From Candidatus Zixiibacteriota bacterium (GTDB taxonomy: Bacteria; Zixibacteria; MSB-5A5; UBA10806; 4484-95): a stretch of DNA of 64,000 nucleotides. Shown in pieces: positions 1 through 10,319 of the stretch. The stretch spans positions 128,001-192,000 of the forward strand of contig JBBIRK010000003.1 of NCBI GenBank assembly GCA_037441845.1, in the 5' to 3' direction. The translations under genes and the position numbers were made by a program. Each line of letters opens with the position of its first letter. Positions within the stretch are counted from its first letter, which is position 1. Under the pieces are notes generated by a model. It did not search any database. It was not told where the DNA came from and worked only from the letters and a program-made list of their open reading frames with translations.

Positions 1-507
1 CCGGGCGATATCGTGAAGGCATCCGACGGGCAATCCATCGAGATAATCAGCACTGATGCCGAAGGCCGCTTGATACTCGCCGATGCAATCTGCCACGCCC
101 GCAAGTTCAATCCGTCGGCGATCATAGATATAGCCACTTTGACCGGCGCGGTCAGAATCGCATTGGGGGATACCACGGCCGGAATTCTCGGCAACGACGA
201 CAAGATGATAGATCGCATATACGAGTCCAGTCAAAGGACCGCCGAAAAGGTTTGGCGGCTGCCTCTATGGGAGGAATACCACGAACTCATCAAATCGGAA
301 GTGGCCGATATGAAAAATTCGGGGGGGCGGCCCGCCGGAACGATCACGGCAGCCTGTTTTCTGGCCAAATTCGTTAAGGAAACCCCCTGGGCGCATATCG
401 ATATCGCCGGCGTGGACAACAACGATAAATCCCATCCTTATCTGACCAAGGGAGCCACCGGATTCGGAGTCAGGTTGCTGGCGGATTACTTGCTCGGCCT
501 TGATTGA
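1..507 (+). CDS. pepA: Leucyl aminopeptidase (M17), C-terminal part; 5' end lies outside the window
   Basis: STDAEGRLILAD, IDIATLTGA and WAHIDIAG motifs of M17 peptidases. Confidence 0.93.
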   Translation, partial: PGDIVKASDGQSIEIISTDAEGRLILADAICHARKFNPSAIIDIATLTGAVRIALGDTTAGILGNDDKMIDRIYESSQRTAEKVWRLPLWEEYHELIKSEVADMKNSGGRPAGTITAACFLAKFVKETPWAHIDIAGVDNNDKSHPYLTKGATGFGVRLLADYLLGLD

Positions 508-579
508 GACTTGTGCCATCGCTCGATGCGGCCGGCATTGAGTGATTTTGAATTTCACGAATGCCGGGCGTGAGGGTAA

Positions 580-981
580 ATGGCGGTTTTTGCAATGGCT
601 CAGATATCGATTAAACTGTTGCCGTATGCTGCTTCGATCATCGTTGTCGTTTGGGGGTTGGCACATTTATCCCAGATAAAAAAAGTGACGGGACTTTTCG
701 AAATGCTTTCCCCCGATAGAAAACAGATTTTCATGATGGCCTGGATCACTCATGCTTTCGTGATGATCTTTATCGGTGAATTGGTATTCTTCATAACCCT
801 GAACCATGGCCGGGATTTAGCATTCAGATTGGTGGTGTTTTGGCTGTCGGCCGTATTTTTATTGGCCCTGGGCTTGATTTCACTTATCGCCGTCGCAAAA
901 GCGCGGATTTGGATTCTCAAGCTGGACCCGTTGATTAAAACCTTAGCCGCAGGGCTTATTCTGCTTTCCCTGCTGGTCTAA
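580..981 (+). CDS. Hypothetical membrane protein (about 4 TM helices)
   Basis: 133 aa hydrophobic ORF preceded by GAGGG; no family recognised. Confidence 0.65.
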   Translation: MAVFAMAQISIKLLPYAASIIVVVWGLAHLSQIKKVTGLFEMLSPDRKQIFMMAWITHAFVMIFIGELVFFITLNHGRDLAFRLVVFWLSAVFLLALGLISLIAVAKARIWILKLDPLIKTLAAGLILLSLLV

Positions 982-1145
982 TGATCCTGTAAGCCGCCTC
1001 CTTGCGTTGATAGGCACTCCCAAACCGCCGGTGGAACGTCGTATTATGGTACAATGATAAACAAGCCGAAAAGCAATGGTGATTTTGCAACTTATTATCT
1101 TCCAAAAGATAGTGAGCCTGGTCGGCAAATCCTGAAACGATTTTA

Positions 1146-1163
1146 TTGTGAAATTCGTAACAA
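1146..1163. promoter_or_regulatory. Rex-like operator TTGTGAA-attc-GTAACAA
   Basis: 18-bp imperfect palindrome resembling TTGTGAA-N4-TTCACAA, just upstream of a -35 box. Confidence 0.45.
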
Positions 1164-1180
1164 ATTAAGATAAAAATTAA

Positions 1181-1209
1181 TTGACTTGAATGAAACTTAC
1201 GACTATTCT
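1181..1209 (+). promoter_or_regulatory. Sigma70-type promoter for dcd (and possibly porCDAB)
   Basis: TTGACT-N17-TATTCT. Confidence 0.6.
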
Positions 1210-1249
1210 ATTGAATGAACTTGATAGGGAAAAGCGATAGCTGATTGCG

Positions 1250-1825
1250 ATGTCGATAATGTCGGATAAATGGATAATCGAGATGGCCGCTAAATGCGGC
1301 ATGATAGAGCCGTTCGAACGCTCATTGATCAGCGACGGCCGGATATCTTACGGCGTGTCATCTTATGGGTACGATTTCCGGTTATCCCGCGAATTCAAAA
1401 TGGCCGACACCGTCGGGGCAAACTTAGAATTGGACCCTAAGAATCCATCTCCGGAGGGTTTCGCCGATTTTGTGGGGGATATATGCGTTATTCCTCCGCG
1501 GGGTTTCGTAATCGCGCGCAGTCTCGAGTATTTCCGCATTCCCCGTGATGTTTTGGCCGTATGCCTCGGCAAATCGACTTATACCCGAAATGGATTGTTG
1601 ATAAATTTCGCCCCGTTTGAACCTGAGTGGGAAGGTCATGTCACTTTCGGGGTTTTCAATTCGCTGCCGTTTTCGGTGCGGCTGTATGCCGGTGAGGGAA
1701 TCGCTCAGGTTCTTTTTTTCAAGGCCGATTCAATATGCGAAACGTCGTATAAAGACAGAAAAGGGAAATATCAAGCCTCCACCGGGATTTCCTTTTCCCG
1801 CGTGGTCCGGGAGAACGAAAGCTAA
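1250..1825 (+). CDS. dcd: dCTP deaminase
   Basis: ISYGVSSYGYD, GKSTYTRNG, PFEPEWEG and YKDRKGKYQ motifs. Confidence 0.93.
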   Translation: MSIMSDKWIIEMAAKCGMIEPFERSLISDGRISYGVSSYGYDFRLSREFKMADTVGANLELDPKNPSPEGFADFVGDICVIPPRGFVIARSLEYFRIPRDVLAVCLGKSTYTRNGLLINFAPFEPEWEGHVTFGVFNSLPFSVRLYAGEGIAQVLFFKADSICETSYKDRKGKYQASTGISFSRVVRENES

Positions 1826-1887
1826 CGATTAGAAAGAAGAAATTTTCGATAGTTTGCTGATGTCGAGAGTAAATACAGGAGGATAAA

Positions 1888-2439
1888 TTGAAAGAAGTGC
1901 GTCTTCACGGACGCGGCGGACAGGGAGTTGTAACGGCGGCTGAATTGATAGCCCAAGCGGCTTTCGCCGACGGCAAATTTGCGTTGGCTTTTCCGTCTTT
2001 CGGCTCCGAAAGAATGGGCGCTCCGGTGACCTCATTCGTCAGGTTATCCGACAAGCCGATCCGCGCCCGCAATCAAATTTACGAACCCGATTATCTTATC
2101 GTTCAAGATGCCACGCTCATCGGCAGTGTCGATGTCACCGCCGGCCTGAAACCGGACGGGCTGATGATTATCGACACGGAGAAAAGCGCCGCCGATCTGA
2201 AATTGGCCACGAAAGCCAAGATATTCACCATACCGGCGACCAGAATCGCTCTGGAGATTATCGGACGTCCCATACAAAACACGACGCTTTTGGGATATTT
2301 CGCCGCGGTCACCGGCTTGATTTCGTTCGACGGTGTCAAGAAAGCGATAAAGCATCGTTTTCCGGCGGCAATAGCCCAGAGAAATATCGCTGCGGTGGAA
2401 AAGGCTTTCGCTCTGGCACGGGAGGTGGCTCATGTCTAA
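1888..2439 (+). CDS. porC: Pyruvate/2-ketoisovalerate:ferredoxin oxidoreductase gamma subunit
   Basis: EVRLHGRGGQG and FPSFGSERMGAPV; TTG start after AGGAGG. Confidence 0.92.
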   Translation: MKEVRLHGRGGQGVVTAAELIAQAAFADGKFALAFPSFGSERMGAPVTSFVRLSDKPIRARNQIYEPDYLIVQDATLIGSVDVTAGLKPDGLMIIDTEKSAADLKLATKAKIFTIPATRIALEIIGRPIQNTTLLGYFAAVTGLISFDGVKKAIKHRFPAAIAQRNIAAVEKAFALAREVAHV

Positions 2440-2689
2440 GCCGATTTTGCTGGCTGCTGAACCGGGAAGTTCGAAAGTGAACAAGACCGGCAGCTGGCGC
2501 ACTATGGTGCCGATATTCAAGCACGAAACTTGCACCGATTGCCGTATCTGTGTCGTGGTTTGTCCCGATGCCTGCGTTTTCGGCCAGGATAATAAATATC
2601 ACGCCGATCTCGATTTCTGCAAAGGTTGCGGTATCTGCGCCTACGAGTGTCCGGTCGATGATATCGACATGGTTCTGGAGGTCAAATGA
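2432..2689 (+). CDS. porD: 2-oxoacid:ferredoxin oxidoreductase delta subunit (2x 4Fe-4S)
   Basis: KTGSWR plus two CxxCxxCxxxCP motifs. Confidence 0.92.
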   Translation: MSKPILLAAEPGSSKVNKTGSWRTMVPIFKHETCTDCRICVVVCPDACVFGQDNKYHADLDFCKGCGICAYECPVDDIDMVLEVK

Positions 2690-3861
2690 GAAAATTATTA
2701 GAAGGGTCGATGGCGGTGGCCGAATCGATCAAATTATGCCGTCCTCACGTTGTCGCCGCATATCCGATAACACCGCAGACCCATATCGTGGAAAATCTTT
2801 CCCAGATGGTTGCCGACGGCGACCTGAAAGCGGAATTCATCAACGTCGAATCCGAATTCGGCGCCGCCAGCGTAGTGCTGGGAGCCTGCGCCGTGGGAGC
2901 CAGGGCTTATTCGACGACGACTTCTCAGGGACTGCTGTTGATGGCCGAGGTTTTATACAACATGGCCGGAATGAGGCTTCCGGTGGTTATCACTTGCGCC
3001 AATCGTGCCGTTTCCGCTCCGATCAATATCTGGAACGACCATTCCGACGCCATGGTGATTCGCGATTCGGGAATGATCATATTGTTCGCCGAGGATGCGC
3101 AGGAATTGATGGATATCCATCCCCAGGCCTACAAAATCGGTGAAAATCCGGAAATAATGCTGCCGGTGATGGTCAATATGGACGGCTTTATTTTAACGCA
3201 CGCCTTCGAATCGGTGGAAATGCTCGACCAGAAAGCCGTCGATGAGTTTCTGCCCCCGTTTAACCCGGAAATCAAGCTTGATCCGGCGAAACCGATTACT
3301 ATGGGAACTCTGGCCGAACCCCGCTGGTATATGGAAACCCGCTACAAGATCGCCGAAACTCTCGACGACGCCTTGCCGGTAATTCAGAAAACCGCCGAGG
3401 AATTCAAAGCCAAATTCGGACGCTGGTACGGCGGTCTTATCGACACTTATCGTCTCGATGACGCCGAATACGCTTTCGTGGCCATGGGGTCGCTTATCGG
3501 CACTCTGAAAGACGTGGTGGATGATCTGCGGGCGAAAGGGGAGAAGGTCGGCATTTTGAAAATCAGAAGTTTCCGACCGTTTCCGTACACCATGATACGC
3601 GATATCTGCAAGGACATAAAACAACTCATAGCGTTCGATAAATCATATTCTTACGGCTGGGGTTCGATTTTGCAAAACGAATTGCGCAACTGCTTTTATG
3701 GGCAGAAACATACTCCGATTATTTCCGGATTCGTGGTAGGTCTCGGGGGACGGGATATTCCACCGAAATCGCTGATCGATGCTTTCAAGATGGCCAAGGA
3801 CAAGGAAGTACTCAATGAATTCGTCGATATTAATCTCGAATTGGTAGGCGGGAGGAGGTAG
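2686..3861 (+). CDS. porA: 2-oxoacid:ferredoxin oxidoreductase alpha subunit
   Basis: [19 protein letters not shown] and DGFILTH motifs. Confidence 0.93.
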   Translation: MRKLLEGSMAVAESIKLCRPHVVAAYPITPQTHIVENLSQMVADGDLKAEFINVESEFGAASVVLGACAVGARAYSTTTSQGLLLMAEVLYNMAGMRLPVVITCANRAVSAPINIWNDHSDAMVIRDSGMIILFAEDAQELMDIHPQAYKIGENPEIMLPVMVNMDGFILTHAFESVEMLDQKAVDEFLPPFNPEIKLDPAKPITMGTLAEPRWYMETRYKIAETLDDALPVIQKTAEEFKAKFGRWYGGLIDTYRLDDAEYAFVAMGSLIGTLKDVVDDLRAKGEKVGILKIRSFRPFPYTMIRDICKDIKQLIAFDKSYSYGWGSILQNELRNCFYGQKHTPIISGFVVGLGGRDIPPKSLIDAFKMAKDKEVLNEFVDINLELVGGRR

Positions 3862-3863
3862 TT

Positions 3864-4784
3864 ATGGCTGAGACGACGAAAGCGAAAAAAGAAAAAGCCC
3901 CCGTCACCGAATCGCTGCTCACCTGCGGCCATCGCGCCTGCGCCGGATGCGGCGAATCGCTGGGAGCCAAACTGGTCATGGATGCTGCCGGGCCGAATAT
4001 AATCGTGGCCACCAGCACCGGTTGCCTCGAAGTGTTTTCCACTCCTTTTCCTGAATCGGCTTGGCGGGTGCCGTGGATTCATTCGCTTTTCGAGAATTCA
4101 TCGGCGGTCGCGGCGGGAATAGAGGCCGGCCTGAAAGCAATGGGTAAATGGAATGGCGTCAAGGTGATCGCTCAGGGCGGCGACGGCGGCACGGCCGATA
4201 TCGGTATAGGCTGCCTTTCGGGAATGCTCGAACGCGGACATGAAGTATTGTACGTCTGTTACGATAACGAAGCTTACATGAACACGGGGGTGCAGCGTTC
4301 GGGATTGACACCATTCGACGCCCATACCACGACGTCGCCTTCGGGTAAGGTATCGTTCGGCAATCAGCGTCCAAAGAAGAATCTGGTTGAGATTGTGGCG
4401 GCTCATAACATTCCGTATGCCGCCACCGCCACTGTCGGCTATCCGGCGGATCTTCAACGCAAGGTGAAGAAGGCGCTTTCGATCGCCGGTCCGACTTTTC
4501 TGCATGTGCATGTTCCCTGCCCGTTGGGCTGGGCCTATAAGTCCGAACTGACTATCGAAATCGGCCGATTGGCGGTGGAGACCGGGCTGTTTCCTATTTT
4601 CGAGATGGAGTGGGGAAAAATAACCCGGGTCCGCAAGATAACCAAAGAACGGAAACCGATCGAGGAATACCTTAAATTGCAGGGGCGTTTCCGGCACTTG
4701 TTCGCAAGCGATGAGGGGAAGAAGGAATTGGCCAAGATTCAGGCGATCGCCGATGCCAATATCGCCAAATACGGGCTGGTGTGA
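3864..4784 (+). CDS. porB: 2-oxoacid:ferredoxin oxidoreductase beta subunit (TPP binding)
   Basis: [14 protein letters not shown]...[13 protein letters not shown] motif; PCPLGW. Confidence 0.93.
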   Translation: MAETTKAKKEKAPVTESLLTCGHRACAGCGESLGAKLVMDAAGPNIIVATSTGCLEVFSTPFPESAWRVPWIHSLFENSSAVAAGIEAGLKAMGKWNGVKVIAQGGDGGTADIGIGCLSGMLERGHEVLYVCYDNEAYMNTGVQRSGLTPFDAHTTTSPSGKVSFGNQRPKKNLVEIVAAHNIPYAATATVGYPADLQRKVKKALSIAGPTFLHVHVPCPLGWAYKSELTIEIGRLAVETGLFPIFEMEWGKITRVRKITKERKPIEEYLKLQGRFRHLFASDEGKKELAKIQAIADANIAKYGLV

Positions 4785-4806
4785 TACTGATTGGTTCTAT
4801 CATTAG

Positions 4807-4836
4807 AGCGGGTATTAGACGATACCCGCTTTTTTT
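4807..4836 (+). terminator. Intrinsic terminator after porB
   Basis: AGCGGGTAT-tagacg-ATACCCGCT hairpin followed by a T run. Confidence 0.8.
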
Positions 4837-4933
4837 GTTTGAAATCTTTCGATCGAGCGGAACTCGATTTTTTCCGTATGAATTATTATTTTTTGCCGAT
4901 GACGCTATATTTTTTGAGGAAATCCGATAACCG

Positions 4934-5854
4934 ATGACCGCCCCTTGGTATTTTTGGCTGCTTTTCAACTTTTTCATTCTTGTCATGCTGGCTATCGATT
5001 TGGGTATTCTGCATCGCCATGCCCACGTCGTCGGGCTTAAAGAAGCGTTCACATGGACGATAGTCTGGGTCGTCCTCGCGTTGCTGTTCAATCTCTGGAT
5101 CTATTTTCATGCCGGAGTCAAACCGGCGCTCGAATTCTTGACCGGCTATCTTATCGAAAAATCGCTCTCAGTCGATAATGTTTTCGTTTTTTTAATGTTG
5201 TTTTCTTTCTTCCGGGTTCCGCCGGAATATCAGCATAAAGTCCTGTTCTATGGAATCCTCGGAGCGCTGGTCATGAGGGCTGCATTCATTTTCACCGGCA
5301 TCGCGCTGCTGAACAGATTCCACTGGCTGATTTACGTTTTCGGAGCGTTTCTGATTTTCACCGGAATCAATATGGCGATTCACAAGGACCATCGCCCGCA
5401 TCCCGAACGCAATCCCGTGTTGCGGCTGATCAAACGTATTTTACCGATGACCGGCGACTATCGGCGCGACAAATTCATGGTCAGGGAGAACGGGCGGCTG
5501 TTTGCCACCCCGCTGCTTGCGGTTTTGCTCATGATCGAATCGACCGATCTTCTTTTCGCCCTCGATTCGATTCCCGCCATACTGGCGATCACCACCGTTC
5601 CTTTCATCGTATATACATCGAACGTCTTTGCGATTCTCGGACTGCGCGCTCTGTATTTTGCTCTCGCCGGTTTCATGAGGCTGTTCAAATATCTGCAATA
5701 CGGATTGGCTTTTATACTGGTATTTGTGGGTATAAAGATGGCCGTCAGCGGATTTTATAAATTTCCGCCGCTGTTATCCTTGGCGGTGATTGCGACGGCG
5801 ATTCTTCTTTCGGTGGCGGCGTCGTTGGTCGCCGGACGCCGCACCAAACCATAG
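4934..5854 (+). CDS. TerC/Alx family membrane protein
   Basis: GYLIEKSLSVDNVFVF, DLLFALDSIPA and TSNVFAILGLRALYF. Confidence 0.92.
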   Translation: MTAPWYFWLLFNFFILVMLAIDLGILHRHAHVVGLKEAFTWTIVWVVLALLFNLWIYFHAGVKPALEFLTGYLIEKSLSVDNVFVFLMLFSFFRVPPEYQHKVLFYGILGALVMRAAFIFTGIALLNRFHWLIYVFGAFLIFTGINMAIHKDHRPHPERNPVLRLIKRILPMTGDYRRDKFMVRENGRLFATPLLAVLLMIESTDLLFALDSIPAILAITTVPFIVYTSNVFAILGLRALYFALAGFMRLFKYLQYGLAFILVFVGIKMAVSGFYKFPPLLSLAVIATAILLSVAASLVAGRRTKP

Positions 5855-5893
5855 ACGACTATTTTGGCTCAACTCGTAAGTCGTCAGAAAACC

Positions 5894-6412
5894 TCACCCC
5901 TCCACATGCCATCTTTCCATACGATGGAACCACTCGGCGGGGTTTTCCAGAAAGGCGAGACTATCGTCTATCATTTGAAAATGCCGCTGTTCTTCCTCTA
6001 TCAAGAATTGGAATAACTTCTTGGTTTCCTTCTCGGTGGCTTTTGTCAGCGCCTGACGATAAAACTTCTCGCCGTTTTTCTCGAAATCGCGGGCGAACTT
6101 ATAGGCATCGATATCCGCCTTATCCGTGGGCGCTTTTTTATCCAGCCCCGAAAACAGCTTGCTGATCGCTTTCTTGGCCTTTGCCGGATCCGCATCCCTG
6201 ATGACCGAATCGAAATCGGTTTCTTCGCCGGCAATCTCGGCCGAATAAAATGATTTTATCGCCGCGATATGCTTGGTTTCCTCCTCGGCCAAGAAGCGGA
6301 ATACTGATCTGGTCATCTCGTTCGTGGTTCTTTCGGCTGTGGATTCATAAAAATTCTTGCCCTGTTTTTCCATCTCGATTGCCGCCGCTAAAGCTTCTTT
6401 CTGATTTTCCAT
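5894..6412 (-). CDS. Rubrerythrin/ferritin-like diiron protein
   Basis: Duplicated E...Y...ExxH motifs (EEETKH, EEEQRH); start placed at MENQKEAL. Confidence 0.85.
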   Translation of the reverse strand: MENQKEALAAAIEMEKQGKNFYESTAERTTNEMTRSVFRFLAEEETKHIAAIKSFYSAEIAGEETDFDSVIRDADPAKAKKAISKLFSGLDKKAPTDKADIDAYKFARDFEKNGEKFYRQALTKATEKETKKLFQFLIEEEQRHFQMIDDSLAFLENPAEWFHRMERWHVEG

Positions 6413-6588
6413 ATTTCCCACCGGACTTCCTGTGTTCATTGAACTATAATTTTCGATTGATTGAAAATATGCAGCGATCAATCCATGGGCAAGCCAAATT
6501 TGGATTATTATGTCGGACGACGGTCTGTTGCGGATCGAATGCAAATCGGCCTATAAACATAGTGTCTCAGGCTGGGCTTGTTTGTCGC

Positions 6589-7347
6589 CTAAATCCCGAG
6601 CAGACGGATTACTATATCGGCTGATGGTTTTGTCTGCGCCAAAAATACGGCCTGCGATTCGACGGCGATCTTCTGGTTGATGAAACGCATATATTCCGCC
6701 GCCATATCAACATCAGTGATCGCCGATCGGGCGCCTCCGATATTGCCTAATTCTATCAGCAATTCTTCTCGTCTCGACTCATAGTGGTTCTTGATTTCGG
6801 CGCCGATTTCACCTCTGGCTCGATTTACCTCGGCAAGCTTGCGGTCGATTGATTCGATCGTTTCCTCCACGGTCGCGTCCATCGGTCCCAACTCCCCGAT
6901 ATTTCGTGACGATTCGGCTGAGTTCGAATCGCCGCATGCCGAACCGCCAAAATCCGTTTTCACCTGCTCGGCCAGCCGATTGAAATATCGTCGTTCAAAC
7001 TCGACAGCTCGGTTTATCGCCGCCATCGACTGCGAATCGGCGCCGGAGTCATTAGCCGCCGTAATCGCCAATTCCCGGATTCGAATCAGGCTTTCATTCA
7101 TCTGTTCAAGACGGCCGTCGGCCGTATTCAGCCTATCTATGCGGCTGTCGATTTGCTTCAATTCCTGCTCAATCGCCACGATATGCGACCGCAGCTTTTC
7201 TGAAATTACCAGCCCGGCCGGGTCATCGGAGGCCTTATTGATTCGCTTTCCCGAACTGAGCTTCTCGGCCGAATTATACAACTTGTCGAGGCTCGAGTTG
7301 AGACTATTCGAGCTTTTTATCTGGTTCTGTTTTAGTCCGATTTCCAT
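6589..7347 (-). CDS. Short flagellin-like protein (252 aa)
   Basis: EKLSSGKRINKASDDPAGL N-terminal and ARSAITDVDMAAE C-terminal flagellin motifs; GGAGGTG RBS. Confidence 0.85.
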   Translation of the reverse strand: MEIGLKQNQIKSSNSLNSSLDKLYNSAEKLSSGKRINKASDDPAGLVISEKLRSHIVAIEQELKQIDSRIDRLNTADGRLEQMNESLIRIRELAITAANDSGADSQSMAAINRAVEFERRYFNRLAEQVKTDFGGSACGDSNSAESSRNIGELGPMDATVEETIESIDRKLAEVNRARGEIGAEIKNHYESRREELLIELGNIGGARSAITDVDMAAEYMRFINQKIAVESQAVFLAQTKPSADIVIRLLGI

Positions 7348-7378
7348 GCTCACCTCCGTGAATCTTCCCAAATCCAAG

Positions 7379-7395
7379 TTGCAAAATTGATGCCT
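7379..7395 (-). promoter_or_regulatory. Putative sigma54 (-24/-12) promoter for the flagellin-like gene
   Basis: Minus strand AGGCATCAATTTTGCAA, i.e. GG-N10-GC, about 30 nt upstream of the ATG. Confidence 0.45.
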
Positions 7396-7821
7396 CGACT
7401 GAGGTTTTCGACGTTTCTGCGTTGTGATCACAATCTATTGATAGTCAATCGATTTTGCTGCCGTTAATGCGGTTCGTTTTGACCATTTAAATGCAAAAAT
7501 GGCCAGCCGGCATCACTTCATGTCGATATCCCATGTTTTTTGATGGATGATCTTGGCGATTATGCGATCGACGGGGCGGCCCTGGAACATGCAGGATTCC
7601 TTTCAATACTATATTTCCGCAACTGATAATAGAATTCATTTGTTGAGCATACGGGTGGCCAAGAGGAACAAGAGGGAGATGATCCGTTTGGTTCGAGTTG
7701 CGGATTCGGCCGATTTATAAGTTGACAAAAGAAAAATCATAAGCCAAATTAAACTTTAGGTCTGCGTGTGTGTCAAAAAGCTGAATTAAGTGAAACTCAC
7801 AATAATACGGGAGGATTCAGT

Positions 7822-10158
7822 ATGAGAAAAGGAAAAGTGCCGATGCTGGCAGCTCTATTATTGCTGGTGTTGGCGGCGGCGCCGGTAATGGCGCAGCATC
7901 AAGGCGGCACGATCAGCGGCCTGGTAACGAATCAGACCACGGGGCAGCCTTTGGCTATGGCGATTGTCCATGCTTTCGCCCCTAATGATCCCAATCGCCC
8001 GTTCGCCGGAACCATGACTGATAACACCGGGCATTATACTCTGCGTTTGCCTTATGGACGCTATATCGTTATGGCAAACAAATGGGGATTCGCACCCGAA
8101 TGGTGGCAAGAGGCAGCCGAGCCGTCGCAAGCCACTTCTTTGGTGGTTTCCGACAGCGTTAGTCCGACCGGTATAAATTTCACGCTCTCACCGCCGACGC
8201 CGCCGCCGACCGGGACGATCTCCGGCACGGTCACCAATCAGGCCGACGGCAGTCCGCTTTTCCGGGCGAATGTAAAGGCGTTCGGCCCCAATAATGTGAT
8301 GTTCACCGTTCATACCGATTCTGCCGGAAATTATCAATTGACCGTTCCCTACGGGCGTTATTTAGTGATGGCTGAAAAGATGGGTTTCGATCCGGAATGG
8401 TGGGAGGAAGCGGCCCGCAGGGAAGATGCCGATCTGGTAGCTGTCGATGACACGCTCAATCCGACCGGCATCGATTTCACGCTGGCGGTTCACACCAATC
8501 CGCAAGCCGGTTCGATCGCCGGCACGATCACCGATGCGGCTACGTCGCAGCCGATCGCCGGGGCCATGGTGAAAGCCGAAATGTATCGGGATCACCATTT
8601 CCACCGTGTGGTTTACAGTGGTCCCGACGGCATATATGTTTTCAATGATCTTCCCGCTGGAACCTATCGCGTGGCGGCCATGAAAGAAGGATACGCCCCG
8701 GCTGATTATCCTGACAGCATCGTTATAAACGGCAACAACGTAACCGGAATCGACATTGCGTTGCAGCCGATTGTTATGGGGCTCTTGACCGGTGTAGTGA
8801 CCGACGCGGCCACCGATGATCCGATTGTCGGCGCCATGGTAAGAGCCACCAACATGAACGTTCCGCGGATGTATTTTAACGGCAGAACCGATTCAACCGG
8901 CGCTTATGCGATCAATCTTCCCGTCGGTACCTATCACGTGGAGGCGTTCGCGCGCGATTATTATCCCGGCAGCGCCGATTCGATCGTCGTCGGTGATTTT
9001 GCACCTACCGTGCTCGATTTCGCTCTCGAGGCGATCGATTTCGGCAGCATCTCCGGCACTGTTTATGATTCCGCCAACACGCCCGTGTTCGGAGCGTTCG
9101 TTGAAGCGCGCATGATCGCCGGCTATTGGCGTGGCATGGCCCGCACCGATTCCTCGGGCAACTATACCATCGCAAATGTAATGCCCGGCAATTATATCGT
9201 CTCGGCGCACGCCTGTGGTTTCAACCCGGTGGTCTATCCCGAAACCGTCGGCGTCGATGACGGCGAAGATGTGACCGGAATCGATTTCCATCTCCTGCCG
9301 TTCACCCCGCCCGATGGCATTATTTCAGGCCTAGTCACCAGCGACAGCACCGGCGATCCTATCGGCGGCGCTCTGGTAGTGGCGATGGGGACGAACAACA
9401 ATGCTCCTCACCGCTGGCGCGACGTAAGATTTACGCGCACGGCCGAAGACGGCACGTATGCATTCAATCGGCTCAGAGATATCGCCTATAAGGTGTTCTG
9501 TTCGGCCAGAGGTTATCTGGGCGAATTCTACGATGACAAGCCGACCTGGCAAACCGCCGACCCTGTCACCCCCGACGCCAGCGGTATCGATTTCGGTCTG
9601 GCGAACCGCTACGGCGGACCGCGGTTCGTGGGCGGCCTCGTTTACGAGGGTGATCGTCCCCACTCGGGCGCGCTGGTGATGCTGCTTGAAAACGACGAAA
9701 TTGTCGATATCTCCCTGACCATGCCCGACGGGGCTTATGAATTCGCCGGCGTCGATCCCGGAAACTATACTATAAGGGCTATCGGAATGAACGAAAACCA
9801 GAGCGAGCAGACTATTAACGTCATGTTCGATGATGTCTATGGCGCCGACGTCGTGTTAAGCCCGACCGGAATCGATGACGGCACCAATCTGCCGCAGTCG
9901 ATATCCCTTATGCAGAATTATCCCAATCCGTTCAACGCCTCGACCAATATCAGATTCACTTTACCTAACGAATCCACGGTCGATTTGGCGGTTTACGATT
10001 TGCTCGGACGCCGGGTGGCCACTCTCGCCAGCGGAATCAAGCCCGCGGGCGAAAATACGGTCACTTTCAATGCCGATGGTCTGGCCAGCGGATTGTATCT
10101 GTACGTCTTGCGCGCTGATGGTGTCAAACTGAGCCATCAGATGCTGCTTCTGAAGTAA
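7822..10158 (+). CDS. Secreted protein with tandem carboxypeptidase-regulatory-like (prealbumin-like) repeats and a T9SS-type C-terminal domain
   Basis: Signal peptide; about 7 repeats of G(T/S)ISGxVT...TDxxGxY...GIDFxL; QNYPNPFN...YDLLGRRV...SGLYLY tail. Confidence 0.85.
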   Translation: MRKGKVPMLAALLLLVLAAAPVMAQHQGGTISGLVTNQTTGQPLAMAIVHAFAPNDPNRPFAGTMTDNTGHYTLRLPYGRYIVMANKWGFAPEWWQEAAEPSQATSLVVSDSVSPTGINFTLSPPTPPPTGTISGTVTNQADGSPLFRANVKAFGPNNVMFTVHTDSAGNYQLTVPYGRYLVMAEKMGFDPEWWEEAARREDADLVAVDDTLNPTGIDFTLAVHTNPQAGSIAGTITDAATSQPIAGAMVKAEMYRDHHFHRVVYSGPDGIYVFNDLPAGTYRVAAMKEGYAPADYPDSIVINGNNVTGIDIALQPIVMGLLTGVVTDAATDDPIVGAMVRATNMNVPRMYFNGRTDSTGAYAINLPVGTYHVEAFARDYYPGSADSIVVGDFAPTVLDFALEAIDFGSISGTVYDSANTPVFGAFVEARMIAGYWRGMARTDSSGNYTIANVMPGNYIVSAHACGFNPVVYPETVGVDDGEDVTGIDFHLLPFTPPDGIISGLVTSDSTGDPIGGALVVAMGTNNNAPHRWRDVRFTRTAEDGTYAFNRLRDIAYKVFCSARGYLGEFYDDKPTWQTADPVTPDASGIDFGLANRYGGPRFVGGLVYEGDRPHSGALVMLLENDEIVDISLTMPDGAYEFAGVDPGNYTIRAIGMNENQSEQTINVMFDDVYGADVVLSPTGIDDGTNLPQSISLMQNYPNPFNASTNIRFTLPNESTVDLAVYDLLGRRVATLASGIKPAGENTVTFNADGLASGLYLYVLRADGVKLSHQMLLLK

Positions 10159-10201
10159 GCCGTTGCGGCGGCTTGCCGATTACTATCGGCGGCGGATCAA
10201 T

Positions 10202-10231
10202 AAGGGCGTGGTTTCGGCCATGCCCTTTCTT
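10202..10231 (+). terminator. Intrinsic terminator (possibly bidirectional)
   Basis: AAGGGCGTGGT-ttcg-GCCATGCCCTT hairpin between convergent genes. Confidence 0.65.
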
Positions 10232-10319
10232 GTTTGCGTTTGTTAGGCATATTCGATTTCGCCGTGAATCGATCGGCGGTAGTTATGACTCTCATTATAG
10301 ATTGGCGGAAAAGAAGTCG

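Noticed and set aside
4837..4933. yybP-ykoY (Mn) riboswitch upstream of terC/alx
   Set aside because: Short AT-rich gap without the expected conserved GGGGAGUA-type core
7491..7506. Second sigma54 site TGGCCATTTTTGCA on the minus strand
   Set aside because: GG-to-GC spacing is 8 nt rather than the required 10
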